From Takakia lepidozioides (lineage: Eukaryota > Plantae > Bryophyta): 64,000 bases of DNA. A model generated the notes under the pieces. The model did not search any database. It worked only from the letters and a program-made list of their open reading frames with translations, and was not told the DNA's origin. Both the position numbers and the translations under genes were made by a program. The stretch is from NCBI GenBank assembly GCA_030704615.1, contig CM060732.1, forward strand, positions 2,852,001-2,916,000. The letters run 5' to 3'. This document shows, one piece after another, positions 24,350-36,927 of the stretch (within the stretch, counting starts at the first letter, position 1; every line of letters starts with the position of its first letter).

Positions 24350-25963
24350 GAGGGAAGCTAGCGTGTGAGCGCGCTCACGTGAGCAGACTTCGTTAAGCGT
24401 GAGTAGATTTCTTAAGCGTGAGCACATAAGAGAAGCGGAGCCTATAGCCGTGGGAAAAGCAGGACCTGTTGTCGTGGGGGCAATGTTGAGTGGAACGGAG
24501 GGTAACATACGATGCCTGGGACCTAAGACGTCGAGTTCCATGCATGAAAATTTGAGAGAAATGTGTGGCGAAATTCTTAAGGATTAATGGCCACGTGGAA
24601 TGGATGAATGTAAGATGAATGCATGATGACAAAAGATGGATGAATGAAGCATGGATGACAGTAACACGAGGTTAATTTCGGAGAACTTGAAATCAACCTT
24701 GTGTCAACGCGAGGTTGATTTCCGAGTGGAAGTAGATGATTACGGTAGTTTTTTTTTTTTTTTTTTTGAAAAAGGATGATTTCATTTCTTAAATCAAGGT
24801 TGCGTCAACGCAAGGTTGATTTGCATCCTACGATTTTTTTATTTATTTTTTTTTTTTTTTTTTTCGGGGTCATGTAAATCAACCTTGCGTCAACGCAAGG
24901 TTGATTTCCAAAAAGACAAAAAACCAAACAAACCAAAAAAAAAAAAATAAAAAAATAAAAAAAAACGGGATGTAAATCAACCTTGCGTTGACACAAGGTT
25001 GATTTGAGGAATGAAAGCATCTTTTTTCCAAGAAAAAAATAAAAAAAATAAAAAATTGAAGTCGCAGGATGCAAATCAACCTTGCGTTGACGCAACTTTG
25101 ATTTGAGAAATGAAAGCATCATTTTTGCACTGTTTTTTGCATTTTGTATGGGCAAATCAACCTTGCATTGACGCAAGGTTGATTTAAGAAATGAAAGCAT
25201 CATTTTTCCAAAAATTTAATTTAAAAAAAAATTGAAGTCGCAGGATGCAAAACAACCTTGCGTTGACGCAACCTTGATTTGAGAAATGAAAGCATATTTT
25301 TTCCAAGAAAAAAAGGTTGAAGTCGCAGGATGCAAATCAACCTTCCGTTGACGCAACCTTGATTTGAGAAATGAAAGCATCATTTTTGCACTGTTTTTTG
25401 CATTTTGTATGGGATACAATCAAGGTTGCGTTAACGCAACCTTGATCATGCTATGGATTTCAATCGCCTCTTTCGGGAAATAAATCTTCGTCTTGCTTAG
25501 TGTTTCGTGTCTTCTAGTCTTTTGGGAAGTTCAGGGATCAACCTTGCATCAACACGACATTGATTACAAGGGGGTTTAATAGGAATTAACAATCACCTGC
25601 TGCATCTGTGTTTTCTGAATGTATGGTTCAGGTACATCTACTATATCCTCATTCCGGGGAAGTACCTGAGCAATGATCCTCGATAATACATCTAGTCTTT
25701 AACCATCCACTCATCCATTGTTCATGCATTGCGAAGCATATGTCTATCCATCAGCCATCTCGCATTCCACCAAATGAATTATTCATCCAACATTCATCCA
25801 ACATTCATCAAAGTACGCATGATATGTACACTCATTCCCGCGGAAATAGGTCTCCCGGGGCTTCCTCATCCGCGATTGTAGGCCCATGCACCCTATTACG
25901 TGAGCATCTTCCCGCTCACGCATCTTTCCGCTCACGTGAGCCACTTACGGACTAGCACCCCCC
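24350..25963. mobile_element. Non-autonomous MULE-like element inserted in the L1
   Basis: Ends GAGGGAAGCTAG...GCTCACGTGAGC versus reverse complement GGGGGGTGCTAG...GCTCACGTGAGC. Degenerate 9-bp TSD TTCATTCCT / TTTATGTCT. Excision restores the L1 frame (HLHS-WGTDWGLSWL). Confidence 0.8.
24688..25570. repeat. Palindrome array AAATCAACCTTGCGT-TG-ACGCAAGGTTGATTT
   Basis: About 10 units (e.g. 24690, 24876, 24974, 25073, 25154, 25334) separated by A/T runs. Confidence 0.93.
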
Positions 25964-27409
25964 TTTATGTCTGGGGCACTGATTGGGGGCTGTCCTGGTT
26001 ACGTAATGGTGAATCTCACTGGTTGCTTGGACACTTGATTGGTCATGATCTCTCTCTAGAACAGCGGTTTCTGCCTATCCTTGCATATCTCAAATCTAAC
26101 CTTTCTTTTTGGTGCTCCTCGCCTTGGCTGGCAGGGCACTTGTGGTCAACCAAGTTTTGGAAGCCTCCTTATGGTTTATTGCCTCGGTTTGGTTCCCCGG
26201 GGCCCCTATCCTCAAGGACATCAAAGCCCTGATTCACAATTTTCTCTGGGGTGCAGCAGATGCTGCAGTGCACCGCAGGGCTTTGGTTTCCTGGTCCTAG
26301 CTATGTCAAAAGAAAAAACATGGAGGTTTGGGTATCCTTGACCTTTACTCTCAGATTACGGCATTGCTAGGAAAGTGGATCCCTAGGTCTTTTATGCCTG
26401 ATGCTGGCCCATGGAAGTTTTTTTATCTGGAACCACTTGAAAGCAGCTAAGCCTAAGGCTGACCCCCTTTGGAGTAGTTCCCTGTGATGGCTTTCTCAAG
26501 GAGGCAAATCAACAGAAGGTTCTGCAGCTTGACACTCTATATGGGGTGCTTGGGTGAAAGTCAGAGAGCATCTTTATCACCATGCCCCTTCTTGCTGGAA
26601 AGAAGTCACAGCCCTTATTTGGGAATCTTCAGCTCGACAATGAGGCTCTGGCAAATTGCTCCCTTCCGTGGGCTCGTTGGGAATATGCAGGATTCAACTC
26701 TGTTGAGGTTGTCTTGTCAATTGTGGCAATGTCTCCGTGCTCTGGGCTTATGGCATATTTGGAAGTCACGATGTGCTTGGTTGTTTGATGGTAAATACCC
26801 CTGCCCCTTTGCCACTCTTGCTAGACTCCATTTTGATCTAACCATCCAAGGCCGAAAACTGTGGGATTTGCTGGTTTTAGCTCTACGCAAATGTACTGAA
26901 GAAAAGGAACAGGCCCTGCTCTCTGCCTTCGACATCACTTGGGCCAAACGAGACATCCTCTGCACCAGGGATGGAGATTGTCCCCGTTGGCCCAATAGAC
27001 CACTTGACGACTGACGACTCTCCTAGCCCTTGGCCTTCTCCCGCAGATGCGGATGAGGTGGAGGACATCAACTGGCGTCATCGGAAGAATAGGGATTCTA
27101 AGGCCAAGACACATCTCAATTTCGAGCCGTTGCCTAGGAAACAATAGGTGGAGCGGTGCCCCCCTCAGGCACCTAACCTGGGCCTCAGAATTTTGTGTGG
27201 CCTCGTCGTAATGAGGCCGCAGGGTGCAGAGGGGACAAGGACCTGACAGTGGGCCCCGCTACATTAAAAGGATCCTTATTCCCCTGTTTCTCTTATATTA
27301 TCAAAAAAACGTCAAACCGTTGGCACGGCGGAGGTTGTGGTCTGGTGGTAGGTCGATGGCGATGCAGTTCTCACGTTCCATTCCGTGAACGTAATTCCGG
27401 TGGTTGGCG

Positions 27410-27582
27410 CTTACTGTAATTACCTCCATGGAGGTGGTATGCAACTACTCTCATGCATGTAGTTCAGCTTGGTTTTGCAACTACCTTCATGTAGAAAATC
27501 CTAAAACTACCTGCATGGAGGTAGTTGTAAAATTCATATGCCAAAAAAATTCCAAGTCCTTGACTCATGAAGGTAGTTTGCT
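27410..27582. repeat. Small palindrome cluster ACTACCTCCATGGAGGTAGT-like
   Basis: About 5 degenerate CATG-centred units, bracketed by a roughly 33-bp inverted pair at 27185-27218 and 27620-27652. Confidence 0.6.
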
Positions 27583-28260
27583 CCTATATTAATGAGACGG
27601 CCTGACGGTCGTCTGACCAGCCTCATAACGACGAGGCCACACAAAATTCTGAGCCCTAACCTGGTTTCTTTCTCAAGTTTGGCTGGCCTGTGGCAGATTA
27701 CTTCTCTCTTGCAGGCTTTAGCCTCGGTTCCCTGATTACTTTCCAGTTTTGGCCAGCGGCAGGACAAATTTTTTGGGATGCTTTTGTTAGTGCTGCATTC
27801 CTTTTGGCTTGGTGTTGAGCTAAAAGTCCTGAATGCTGTTTCTTTGCCATTGGCTGGGTTGGCTGTTCCCCCCTGGTCAGCTTAGCTTTGGCCGCCTCTA
27901 GTCTGGTTTTCTCTAGGTCCTCTTCACTTACTTGGTAGTTTGTCTTGTCACTTACTTAGTTCTCTTCTATGTGCGGTTTTTGCCTCAGCCAGGATCTCCC
28001 CTGTGCTTGCCGCTGCTATGCTTTCAGCAGTCATTCATAGCTTGTTGGTTCCTTATGACCAGTGAATCACTGGCCTCTATAGAGCTTCCCCCTAAGTACT
28101 GGGTGTTACTTATCATCACATGATGTAAGCCTTATGGCCTTCTTCATGGTTATTTTTTCCATGAATTCTCTTAATATGACTTAAAGGGCTCCGTTTTATT
28201 AAGAAAAAAACAAAAAAGGCTTGATTGATAACCCCCGGGTATGTAAAATCTTAAATAAAA

Positions 28261-28300
28261 CTAGTATTGGTCTCCGGCGGGTATGTCCACATCCGCCAAC
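28261..28300 (-). mobile_element. Possible Helitron 3' terminus
   Basis: Minus strand: GC hairpin GGCGGATGTG-GA-CATACCCGCC, then 11 nt, then CTAG followed by T. Confidence 0.45.
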
Positions 28301-29382
28301 ACCCGAACACCAGGAACCAGCGGGTCTTAAAGATAATAACCTCCCAACACGAGTGCTTAGCTTACCGTAAAGCACTGCCACAAAATTTTCTTTGTATGTA
28401 TCGTGCCATTAAAAAGCAGAAATCATCACTGTGCATTCTGCATTTTGGAATTTGTTTTTTTTTGTTTTTGGTGAATTCGGAATGCACCCCATCAGCTCCC
28501 TCGAGTGCATTCCGAAATGCAGAATGCACCGGACATTAATTTTTTTTTAAAAATTTGTGGCAGTTCTTTACGCAGGGTAATGCCCCTCGTGTCGTCGGGC
28601 ATTCCCGGATCCTGACGCCGAGGGAAGAATCGACGACGCGTTGGGAGTGAAGAGAGTGAATAGGGGGAGCAGTGAAGCACGACGTGTGGGCAGTTCCTTT
28701 CCGTCGTGGCCTCGTCGTTCTCTTTCGGTGGGCTGATGCTCGCGAGGAGGTTTTTGTATCAATGTGCAGTGAGTGAGTAGCTGGTTGTGACGGGAAATAT
28801 ATTGTTTAGTGCTGGGCATGAAGGTGTATGTGTTGGGTAGCTCATGTTGTGTGGAGGTCTGACAGGTGAAGCGAAAATTTCATTTTGGTTGGGAGTCTGG
28901 AGATTGGATTCGTTTCTTTCTCTAACTCTGTTTCCGTCTTTGTCTCTTGCGGAGTCAGGGACACTTTGTGGTCTGTCGTGTACGCAAAGCTGATCTCGGG
29001 TAGCTTCTGGGTAGTTGGAGGATTCATCCTTGGACTTGGAGGGCCTGTTTTTGGGTATGCTGTCGTTCGATTTTTCTCAGTTAGTCTTTCCCTTTGTTCC
29101 CTTTGTGTTGTCTGCCCAGCTCTCCCGATCCAGCATCCACCGGACAGCATGAGTGAGCAATGTGTTGATTCTGTATTGATTTCGTATCGACTTTACATTG
29201 AGTTCGCACGTACACAATGTGGCCGCTAGACTCCATTCACCATATCACGAACGATGTGAGCTCCTTCCTGATTGTACGTAAACTTACTTTTACTCTCTTT
29301 TGCAGTGTAGTCCACCGTAAGACTTGGTAAGCGCACATCACCACTCCCGGGCCTTCTCTTCTGAATCCTCGGATCAGGCACG

Positions 29383-31930
29383 ATGTCTGTGGAGGCTATG
29401 AAATCTGTCGGCCATGGCTCGCACGTGACAAGAGGAGACAACTTCACAACATACAAGCCCCGCGGTGACGATGGTGGTGTGGATAGCACTCCTCGACAGT
29501 CACTGGCCAAGCTGGGGCGGGCTATGGGAGCCTTCCGCTATCTGTTGCTGTGTTCTCGCCCATGCTTTAACGACTCGGCGGATCTGGACCGCGAAGATTC
29601 AATTACTATTCCCCAATATGAAGACATAAGCCGCCTAGCTAGCAAGGGCATCAATGGCGAGGATTGGAAGCTGAGGTTGGAGATGCAGGTCTGTTCACTT
29701 TTGTCAGATCCGATAGCCAATGGAAGAATCTGCAAGCCTGCAGGGAATTTTATCTAGCTACAACCTCAACACCTAATGGTACAGTGAAGTCGAGAGGGAA
29801 AGAAAGAAACTTTCTTTGAAATGCCGACAAAAGAGAGACACGGAAAGAGCAAGAGTATATGAGTGTGTTTGTGTATATCCGTTAAACCCTTTAACACAGC
29901 TGCATGAACGTAGAGGTCCTGGAAAGATTGGCAACATATCATCAAGTGGGTGCAAGGCACTATGACACCCTGTTTGCCCCGGTGTGTTCGCTTAAATGCT
30001 AGTATGCCTCATTTCCACTTCCTTTAATAAGGCATTCTTTCTAAATAATTCCAACAACCTTTTTTTACTTCTGTAAATGATAGGGGCCAGGACTCGGAGG
30101 CTTGAAAACATGTGGAGTGCCCTGAGGACCTCACAATCATGGATTGCAATTGAATACGAGAGGTGGAAGTCTGTTTGTGGCTCATTAACAAATCAGTTCC
30201 AACTGAATCCTGTGGCAACCTACTGACTGTTGTTAGCATGCCGAAAGTGCTCTTGGGGAGTGGAGTTACCTTGTTCAGTAGTATCTGAGGAATTCCCATC
30301 GGATATTGTGCTGAAATTAGTACCCTTGCATTTCCGACCATGTCATAAGTGGCATTTGTAGGGGCATTTGTTGAATACTGATTAGGAAAATAGATGTCCC
30401 ATATCAAAGAGGGGTGAATGAGTAAAGGTTTATTGGGTTCACACGCATGTTACAGTCTGCATCTGGGTAACTTTTTTGTCACTTCACACGAGTTTTGTTG
30501 CAGTTATTCTTCTTGCAAAGACCTTGTTTAGTTCGCCTTGAATTCGGTCTCCTCCTTCTCCTTCATCCAGTGTCCTTTCAGATGTTAGTCTTGAGTATAG
30601 TTTACAAGAATTTAAAACATAACCATGACAAAGTTTAGGCAAGTTGCAGGCTGTGCTGCGCCATCTTGAAGTGCGGTGGCAGCTCTTCAATGAAGCTCTC
30701 TCCAAATTTGGAGACTTTGAAGCCATGCTCGCGGTTTGCACAGGTACCTCCACACCTTTGCGCTTGACCTTCTCAGTGTCTCCCTGTCAATGAAATCAAA
30801 TATTTTCTCTTTATTATTACACTATGCTGGCTGGTTTCTGGGAATACATTTGACTTGTTCATCTTTGCCGTTGACCAAGTGCTCTGGATTTTCAAATGAG
30901 ACCATGGAATTGTCCTTAAATCAGTATCCATTGTGTTGACAGATAATGTAAGGTGGAAGCAATGCCACAGGGTTGGTGCCAAGGATGCCCAGCTGTCAGA
31001 AGACCTACAATCACTTATTGCCAGGAAGCTCTCAATGGATGTAGTTATAGACAGAATAACACAGTTATTGCCCTCAGGTGCCTTGGGTTCAACGCTTGAC
31101 AGAGATGGAAACTGGGGAGAGCTAGACCCACACGACCGGGTGAAGGCAGAGACCTCACTTGAACTTTTGCACGAAAAGGGAGGCGGGATGGGAAATGAGG
31201 CCTGCAGGGAAAGGATGGACGGGGCAAGATTTTCTGTACTGGAAAATGATACCTATACACTTTGTGACCAGAAGGTATGGTTCTGTCCATTTGTAAGGTG
31301 TAAGAAGCTTGAATCATGGGATCATCACTTGGACCATGCATTGTGAAATTTTCCAGAAATTTGGTTCTTTGAGGGTTTGTTGGAGTGGTTCTCTGCACAC
31401 AGACAGATCTGAAAGTGAGACAGGATGAGAGGACTGTCTTCAGTCCACGGAAAAGACAGAGAGATGTACTTGTTAAGCTCTGCTTGCTGTAGCTGTGGGC
31501 TTAGGCTCACCTGGTTTGGATTGAAGTAGGAAAGAGAGAGGGGGAAACTTGGGGAGCCCCAGAGGAAGAGAGGGATAGAGCGAGGGAGGGTGTGTTTTTG
31601 CCAATTCGTACAGGGAACAATTGATGAGACACATACAGACTACTGTGTGAGAGGGATTATCATCTTATAATGTATGGGTAGAAAGATGTCCAGCAAGTCA
31701 ATCTTGAGAATAAGTTGTGAGAAAGTTATGATTACGTGGGTTCTCAGTTTTCACTGGACTATCGACAGTCATCAAATTTTTGATTTCCTCCTGTTGATTT
31801 GGGGGGGCCTCCTGATGTAATACAGGGAGAAATTGTGGAGGAAGGCAGGCAGGTGGTCATATGGGAACAGCAGAACTCTACCTGGTATATACGTGGGTGT
31901 GTCAGCTACCCTTTCAGCAGCCAATGCTAA
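29383..31930 (+). CDS. Host gene of unknown function, 4 coding exons (29383-29688, 30650-30743, 30943-31274, 31826-31930)
   Basis: All GT-AG junctions are phase-compatible and give one open frame, MSVEAMKSV...LEMQ|AVLRHLEVRW...|DNVRWKQC...CDQK|GEIVEEG...SQC*. Confidence 0.72.
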
Positions 31931-33715
31931 TTATGGCTTCTAACCATATCACACCCAAGTACCCTGTGCAAAGGCAGGTTCCACTTTATATTTTTCACTG
32001 AACATTCAATTTCACAGAAGGGATTTCGGTGACAGGTAGAGTATTTCATTCTTTTTGCCACTGGTAGTAAACCGTCATGGTGGTGGAATCACCTAGATTC
32101 TTTCTATAGTTATGTGCATACAGGAAATACCATTGCTGTTGAGTTTGTGTTTCCCACAACAACCATAGCTTGGAAACAAGTAATAAGCTAACTGATAACC
32201 CAAACTGAGTTTGTGTTTCCCATAACTCGGTTGTAAATAAACATTGATCCTACCAAGCTTGGTTCAAAGTGTGGGAATCTTGTGTCTGTTCTGCAACTGC
32301 TTTCAAATGTTCCAAGGTGAAAGCAGTTTGGAGGAGAATTGATTCAGTCAACCTTGTATAGCCTTCCTCATGGTTCCTAATGAACTTAATTTAGAGCATG
32401 CATGCAGGCAAACAAATCTAGTTCATCATGTGTAGGAGTTCCAAGGAAGCTTGGAGCCCATAATGCAATGTTGAGGACATTCCTGAGACTGCAACCATCA
32501 GCATGTCAGATGTAGGCAATACTGATTTCCCCCGTCTGTTGGTGGAGACTAAATCACAGCTTGTTGCAGCCCCTTTTATTTTAACTTGTGACTACTGTCT
32601 GGGTAGTTTTTGGTAAAAGATTAAAAAAATGCACAGCTCACCAAGGGGCTGGTAGAGACATGTTTGAAGGATTGAACCCAACCAGCCTGTGCCCAGGCAA
32701 GGCACAAACAAACACCCAGCCAGCAGGCCGGCTGCTCAACTACATAAACAGGACCCACTAACACCCAAACATGGGGCCTGGTATGATGCATGACCACCTA
32801 TGGCAGTCCCCCTTCCACAGGATTGCAATTTGTAGGGATACAGGTGCATAAGAAATAAGCAAGAAAAAAAAACACTGCAAGAGAGATATCTTTGAATTTC
32901 CCATAAGAATACAAATGACAACAAACACTTCAGTGTGTCAATAGCACACTATCATGCCCCAAGATGTTGCAATGTCTTGTCTTACACACTACTAAATGCA
33001 CTACATGTCATGTCTAGTAATGTGTACCCACAATCCAATCAATGAGTGTGTCTGCAAAACTGATATTGAGGCGTGAGATATCTTACTGATTTTCTGACAT
33101 GTCTATACTGACAACGAGTTGCACGCCAATCAAAGTAAGTTCAGAATACCATGTCACAACACAAACACACTCTCTTTTGAAGGTGTTCCTCATTTTGGGT
33201 TGTCATTTTGAGCGCCAAGTACACCACTAAATCACTGCCATGGCAGTGCCCTTCATGCTTTTGCTCCCCAAAAAATGAACCTCACCATCACACTCTCGTC
33301 TTTACCATGCTCATGGATTGGCACGGATTTTTATTACCCACCTTGCCTCGTTTTGGAGTGAAGTACTCTCGATTTTCTGTTGAAGGGCAGAGTCTTTGGT
33401 CTCGCATGAAAAAATCTCTGTTGATAGAGGTCTATCAACGTTGAGCATTCCAAAGGTGAACACTCTCCCTGTCGTAGATTCAGGGGAAAGAACTTGACAG
33501 GTTGGGCGTCCAATCCTGATTCCGCAAAAGACTGGCCCACTTGCGCCAAATTGTCAAACTGTGTTCGAGAATGCACCAATTTTTGGCATTAACAAATCCT
33601 TTGTATAACACCAAATTCCATCCGCTCTTGTTGCAGTTGAACCAATCACAAACTTCGATTCCAAAACAGTGCCAAAGGTGCATCCTGCAATGCTTGGAGA
33701 GAACACCAAGCTGAA

Positions 33716-35063
33716 TTACAGCTCGATAACAACACGTTTTGGTACCACTTTTGGTGGTTTGTCCCAGCGAAATCCCATCCCATAACCATAGCCATATCCT
33801 ATGCCTACTCCACATCCAGCCCCCAGACCAAATACTAGTCTCAGTGCGCTCCATGGTGATGCCCCCACGCCAGCCCCACCTGCACTTTCAGGTATGTTGG
33901 ACAACTGCAGTCAGCTTCTATGAATGAAAAATCTGCTCCATCCAAATTGGAGCTTGAATGTTTGCAAGATTGGACTAAAACTCGGTGCTTAGCTGGATTT
34001 CTCCTTGAAACAAGCTTCTACATCATGTCAAATGCGCATTGTACTTAAAAGTGCAGGAACCTGCTTCCAAAAATGAGATATCTGTCTCTATCCTGGAAGA
34101 CACAGCAGCAGCACAAAGACCACAGATGCTTTTCCCAAGAGCAATTGTAATGCTTGAGGGCACGACACACTCCTGCCCCCTCGGGGATATATATATTACA
34201 ACCAATCACAAGATTGTAGTGGTAGAACTAGAGAGGAGACACTAAGAGCTCTTCAGTGGGAAGCTGTCCATATGCAGAAGCCCAGGTAGAGCTCTGGATG
34301 ACTCATACAAGGGCTGTAGTAACAAAGGCTTGTCTAATTTCCACCTGGAAACAATCCCACTCTCTGCCAAGAAAGCTATTATGCACCATCTATGTCGCAA
34401 GGATAAACTAGTTTTCCAGTGCTATGAATTCCTAAAGCCTATCTGGCAAAATCTCCATCCTATGGCAGTGTCTAACCAACAGCATCGTTGGAAGCTCAAT
34501 TAGGGTAAATGTGATGCTTGGTACTACAGGAAGTGATTTGAGGCAAATTGCAAGTTCGATAGCCATGTCACTTGCAATAGTAACTGGGTGTCTGCTAGCA
34601 AAGTTCACTTTCGCGTTCACTTTGCTGAACATGAGATCTCCATTTGGAGATAAGGTGAGACTTCCCATCCTCCTTAACTCTCAAGCTCCGGAAGACATAG
34701 AACTTGGGTACAGTTATGCAACCTTGAAATCCCAGACGCTGGCGATGAAAAATTGTCTGATCATGCCTGTCAAAGCATGGCATGCATCTTCTGGCTTAGA
34801 CATGTGTACACTACTTCATAGATCAGTGAGGATGGTGGGATAAATTTACCTGTCAACCCAACGCCAACACCAGCTCCACAACCAATGCCAAATGCTCCTC
34901 CTGGTCCCCAATCAATCGATGCTGTTTTACTGCTAGTCTCCCTAAAGAGATTGAAACCCTTGATTTTTTGTTTTTCTTTGGGTTTCTCCTGCTTTTTGCA
35001 GGTCGCTGTATTCCACAAAGTCGCCACTTGAGAGAGCCCTCCCTTTTTCCCATCTCCAGCCAT
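33716..35063 (-). CDS. Plant glycine-rich small protein of the TGD5-like family, 125 aa, 2 exons (35063-34850, 33879-33716)
   Basis: Phase-1 GT-AG intron joins ...GPGGAFGIGCGAGVGVGLTG|GAGVGASPWSALRLVFGLGAGCGVGIGYGYGYGMG...KRVVIEL*. The GxGCGxG repeats are typical of this plant family; probably a paralogue rather than TGD5 itself. Confidence 0.85.
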
Positions 35064-35204
35064 TTTTTCTGTTTTACCTAGGGCCGTGATACACAAGTTG
35101 GTCATTTGTGAAAGTACGCCCCGCTTCTCTTCGCCTCCTTATCACCCGATCCCTTCTTTCCGACTTGATCTCGTCCTACCCTCTCGGGAGACTGCCAATT
35201 GGCT

Positions 35205-35270
35205 CTCTCTCTCTCTCTCTATTCAATGGTCACAAGGCTACGGCAAGCAACGTCTTATTAGTGCATTCTA
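35205..35270 (+). mobile_element. (CT)8 microsatellite plus a roughly 50-bp 3' end of the RTE-X-like LINE
   Basis: caatggtcacaaggctacggcaagcaacgtcttattagtgcattct matches 45757-45802. Confidence 0.8.
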
Positions 35271-35947
35271 TAGATGCTGCTTCTGATTTGCTTTTGTGTA
35301 GGCCATCCAACCATGAAGTTAACTCGAATTTCTCTCTTTTCCTCCGCGCCCTGAAGATGAATACCTTAAGACTGGCTTACACTGAATTGATACTCTGCAA
35401 GGCCACCTTTTGCAGATATATAGACGCATAATGCAGGGGGACAACGGTATGCCTTGCATACTGTTTCGCTGCCTGCCCACCATCCCCTCTCTATCTATCA
35501 ATATCTATAGTACTGTTTCCGCTCACCCCGAAACAACGACCACACAACAATCGAGGGGATAGAGCCTGGCAGATAATGTTTCCAGGATCTAAGGCTAACA
35601 AATGCAGGTGCCCATATCACCATCAATCACAATAATCCATAGATGAAACATATGAACTACTCTGAATAGGAGAGCCCTTTGAGCGGCATGCTCCTCTACC
35701 CATCAAAAAAGAATACTAACAAAGAATAAAAAAATCAGTTTTTATGTAAGAAACCTGTCGGATAGATTGACAAAGATAAAGATCGTCTACCCTCATGCGA
35801 ATGCACATAGCCTACTACTCTCCAAATGGCCAGTGGAAGGTTGAAAGATTGTACAACTAACTGCGTACTAGGATCTGTAAAGAGAGATGCCAGTCTGGAC
35901 TCTATGCAGATCCCATCTTGTCCATATAGTTGAAACTCTCTCTATCC

Positions 35948-36281
35948 GCCTTGCGAGAGGGCCTTCGGGACACGCCATTGCTTCGAAGAGGCCAACATTT
36001 GGAATGAGATGTTCATATCCGTCCAGTGAGACGAAGACTAAAGAGGAGTTTGTGCAGCTCGTTCACGCTCAACGCCGATGTGTTGAGCGTGAACGAGCTG
36101 CACAAACTCCTCCTTAGGGATTCCAAAAATCATTGATGGGACAAAGGGAATCCTCCATATGGATATTTTCAATTGCATTTTCATGTATCAGACTTTTCTT
36201 TGCAGTGTAATGAAATGCACCCCAAAACTCTTGGAATGAGGCAATATTCCATTCAAACTGAGATCCAACAAAAGCAATTGT
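35948..36281 (+). mobile_element. Rearranged fragment of the MULE transposase gene with a 31-bp perfect hairpin
   Basis: 35948-36039 matches about 9999-10090; 36082-36281 matches about 11105-11304; 36043-36073 is the exact reverse complement of 36082-36112. Confidence 0.92.
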
Positions 36282-36927
36282 AGTTAACTACACTTGCTGG
36301 TATGTGCAGGATTTCATGGTCGAAGCTCAAACCATTCTGGATGTGAAAAGCGACAAAGAGGCAATGCCACTAAACGATGAGGACCCAAGTACCTTCTGGA
36401 AATTTTTCCGTTAAGTAATGTCATGAGATACAGACTAGGTAACTACTAAAAGAACTTCACATATTTTCCCTTTATTCGGACAGTGCAAGTAGTTACTAAA
36501 CTGTCAACTGATCATCATCATCCATGTCATGTTCAGGTTTGTGAGAATGGGTGCACGAGGAACAGGAACCCCACTGCAAATTGTAATGAGCCCAGCTCCT
36601 GTAGCTGATGCCTGGACCGGCGGAGAGACGAAAGTTTTGATTCGAAGACCATCATAGAATGCCAGCACCGGTTCTTCACTGGTCAGCTTGCACCTGCTTC
36701 AACTTCACCAAATAAGCCTTCCTCAGTAGTGTCGGTTTTATGAGTTGCTTCAACCCGCACATTCAGCTTTACTTTGCACGGAGGTCGCCAGCCTTCCAAC
36801 CAACAGAAACGAATAAACTTCAAACGAATCCTTCTTCCAATTACACGCCACATGCTGCCGTCAGTTGAAAGCATGCTTTACACTTCAAGAACATCCACTT
36901 GAACCTCCATAAGCTTTGCAATCAACA

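Larger units (their letters stand above)
23853..27309 (+). mobile_element. L1-clade LINE ORF2 remnant (RT and downstream region), split by an insertion
   Basis: FEKAFDRINWSFL...SVRQGCPLSPFLF...CYADDTTLFL...SGFKVNWRKT. After the insert: LAGRALVVNQVL...NFLWG...GGLGILD...ALLGKW...LWHIWKSRC. Short A-run at 27303-27309. Confidence 0.9.

Noticed and set aside
33716-35063. Assigning the symbol TGD5
   Set aside because: Family resemblance only; the longer basic N-terminus and the KRVVIEL end suggest a paralogous glycine-rich protein.
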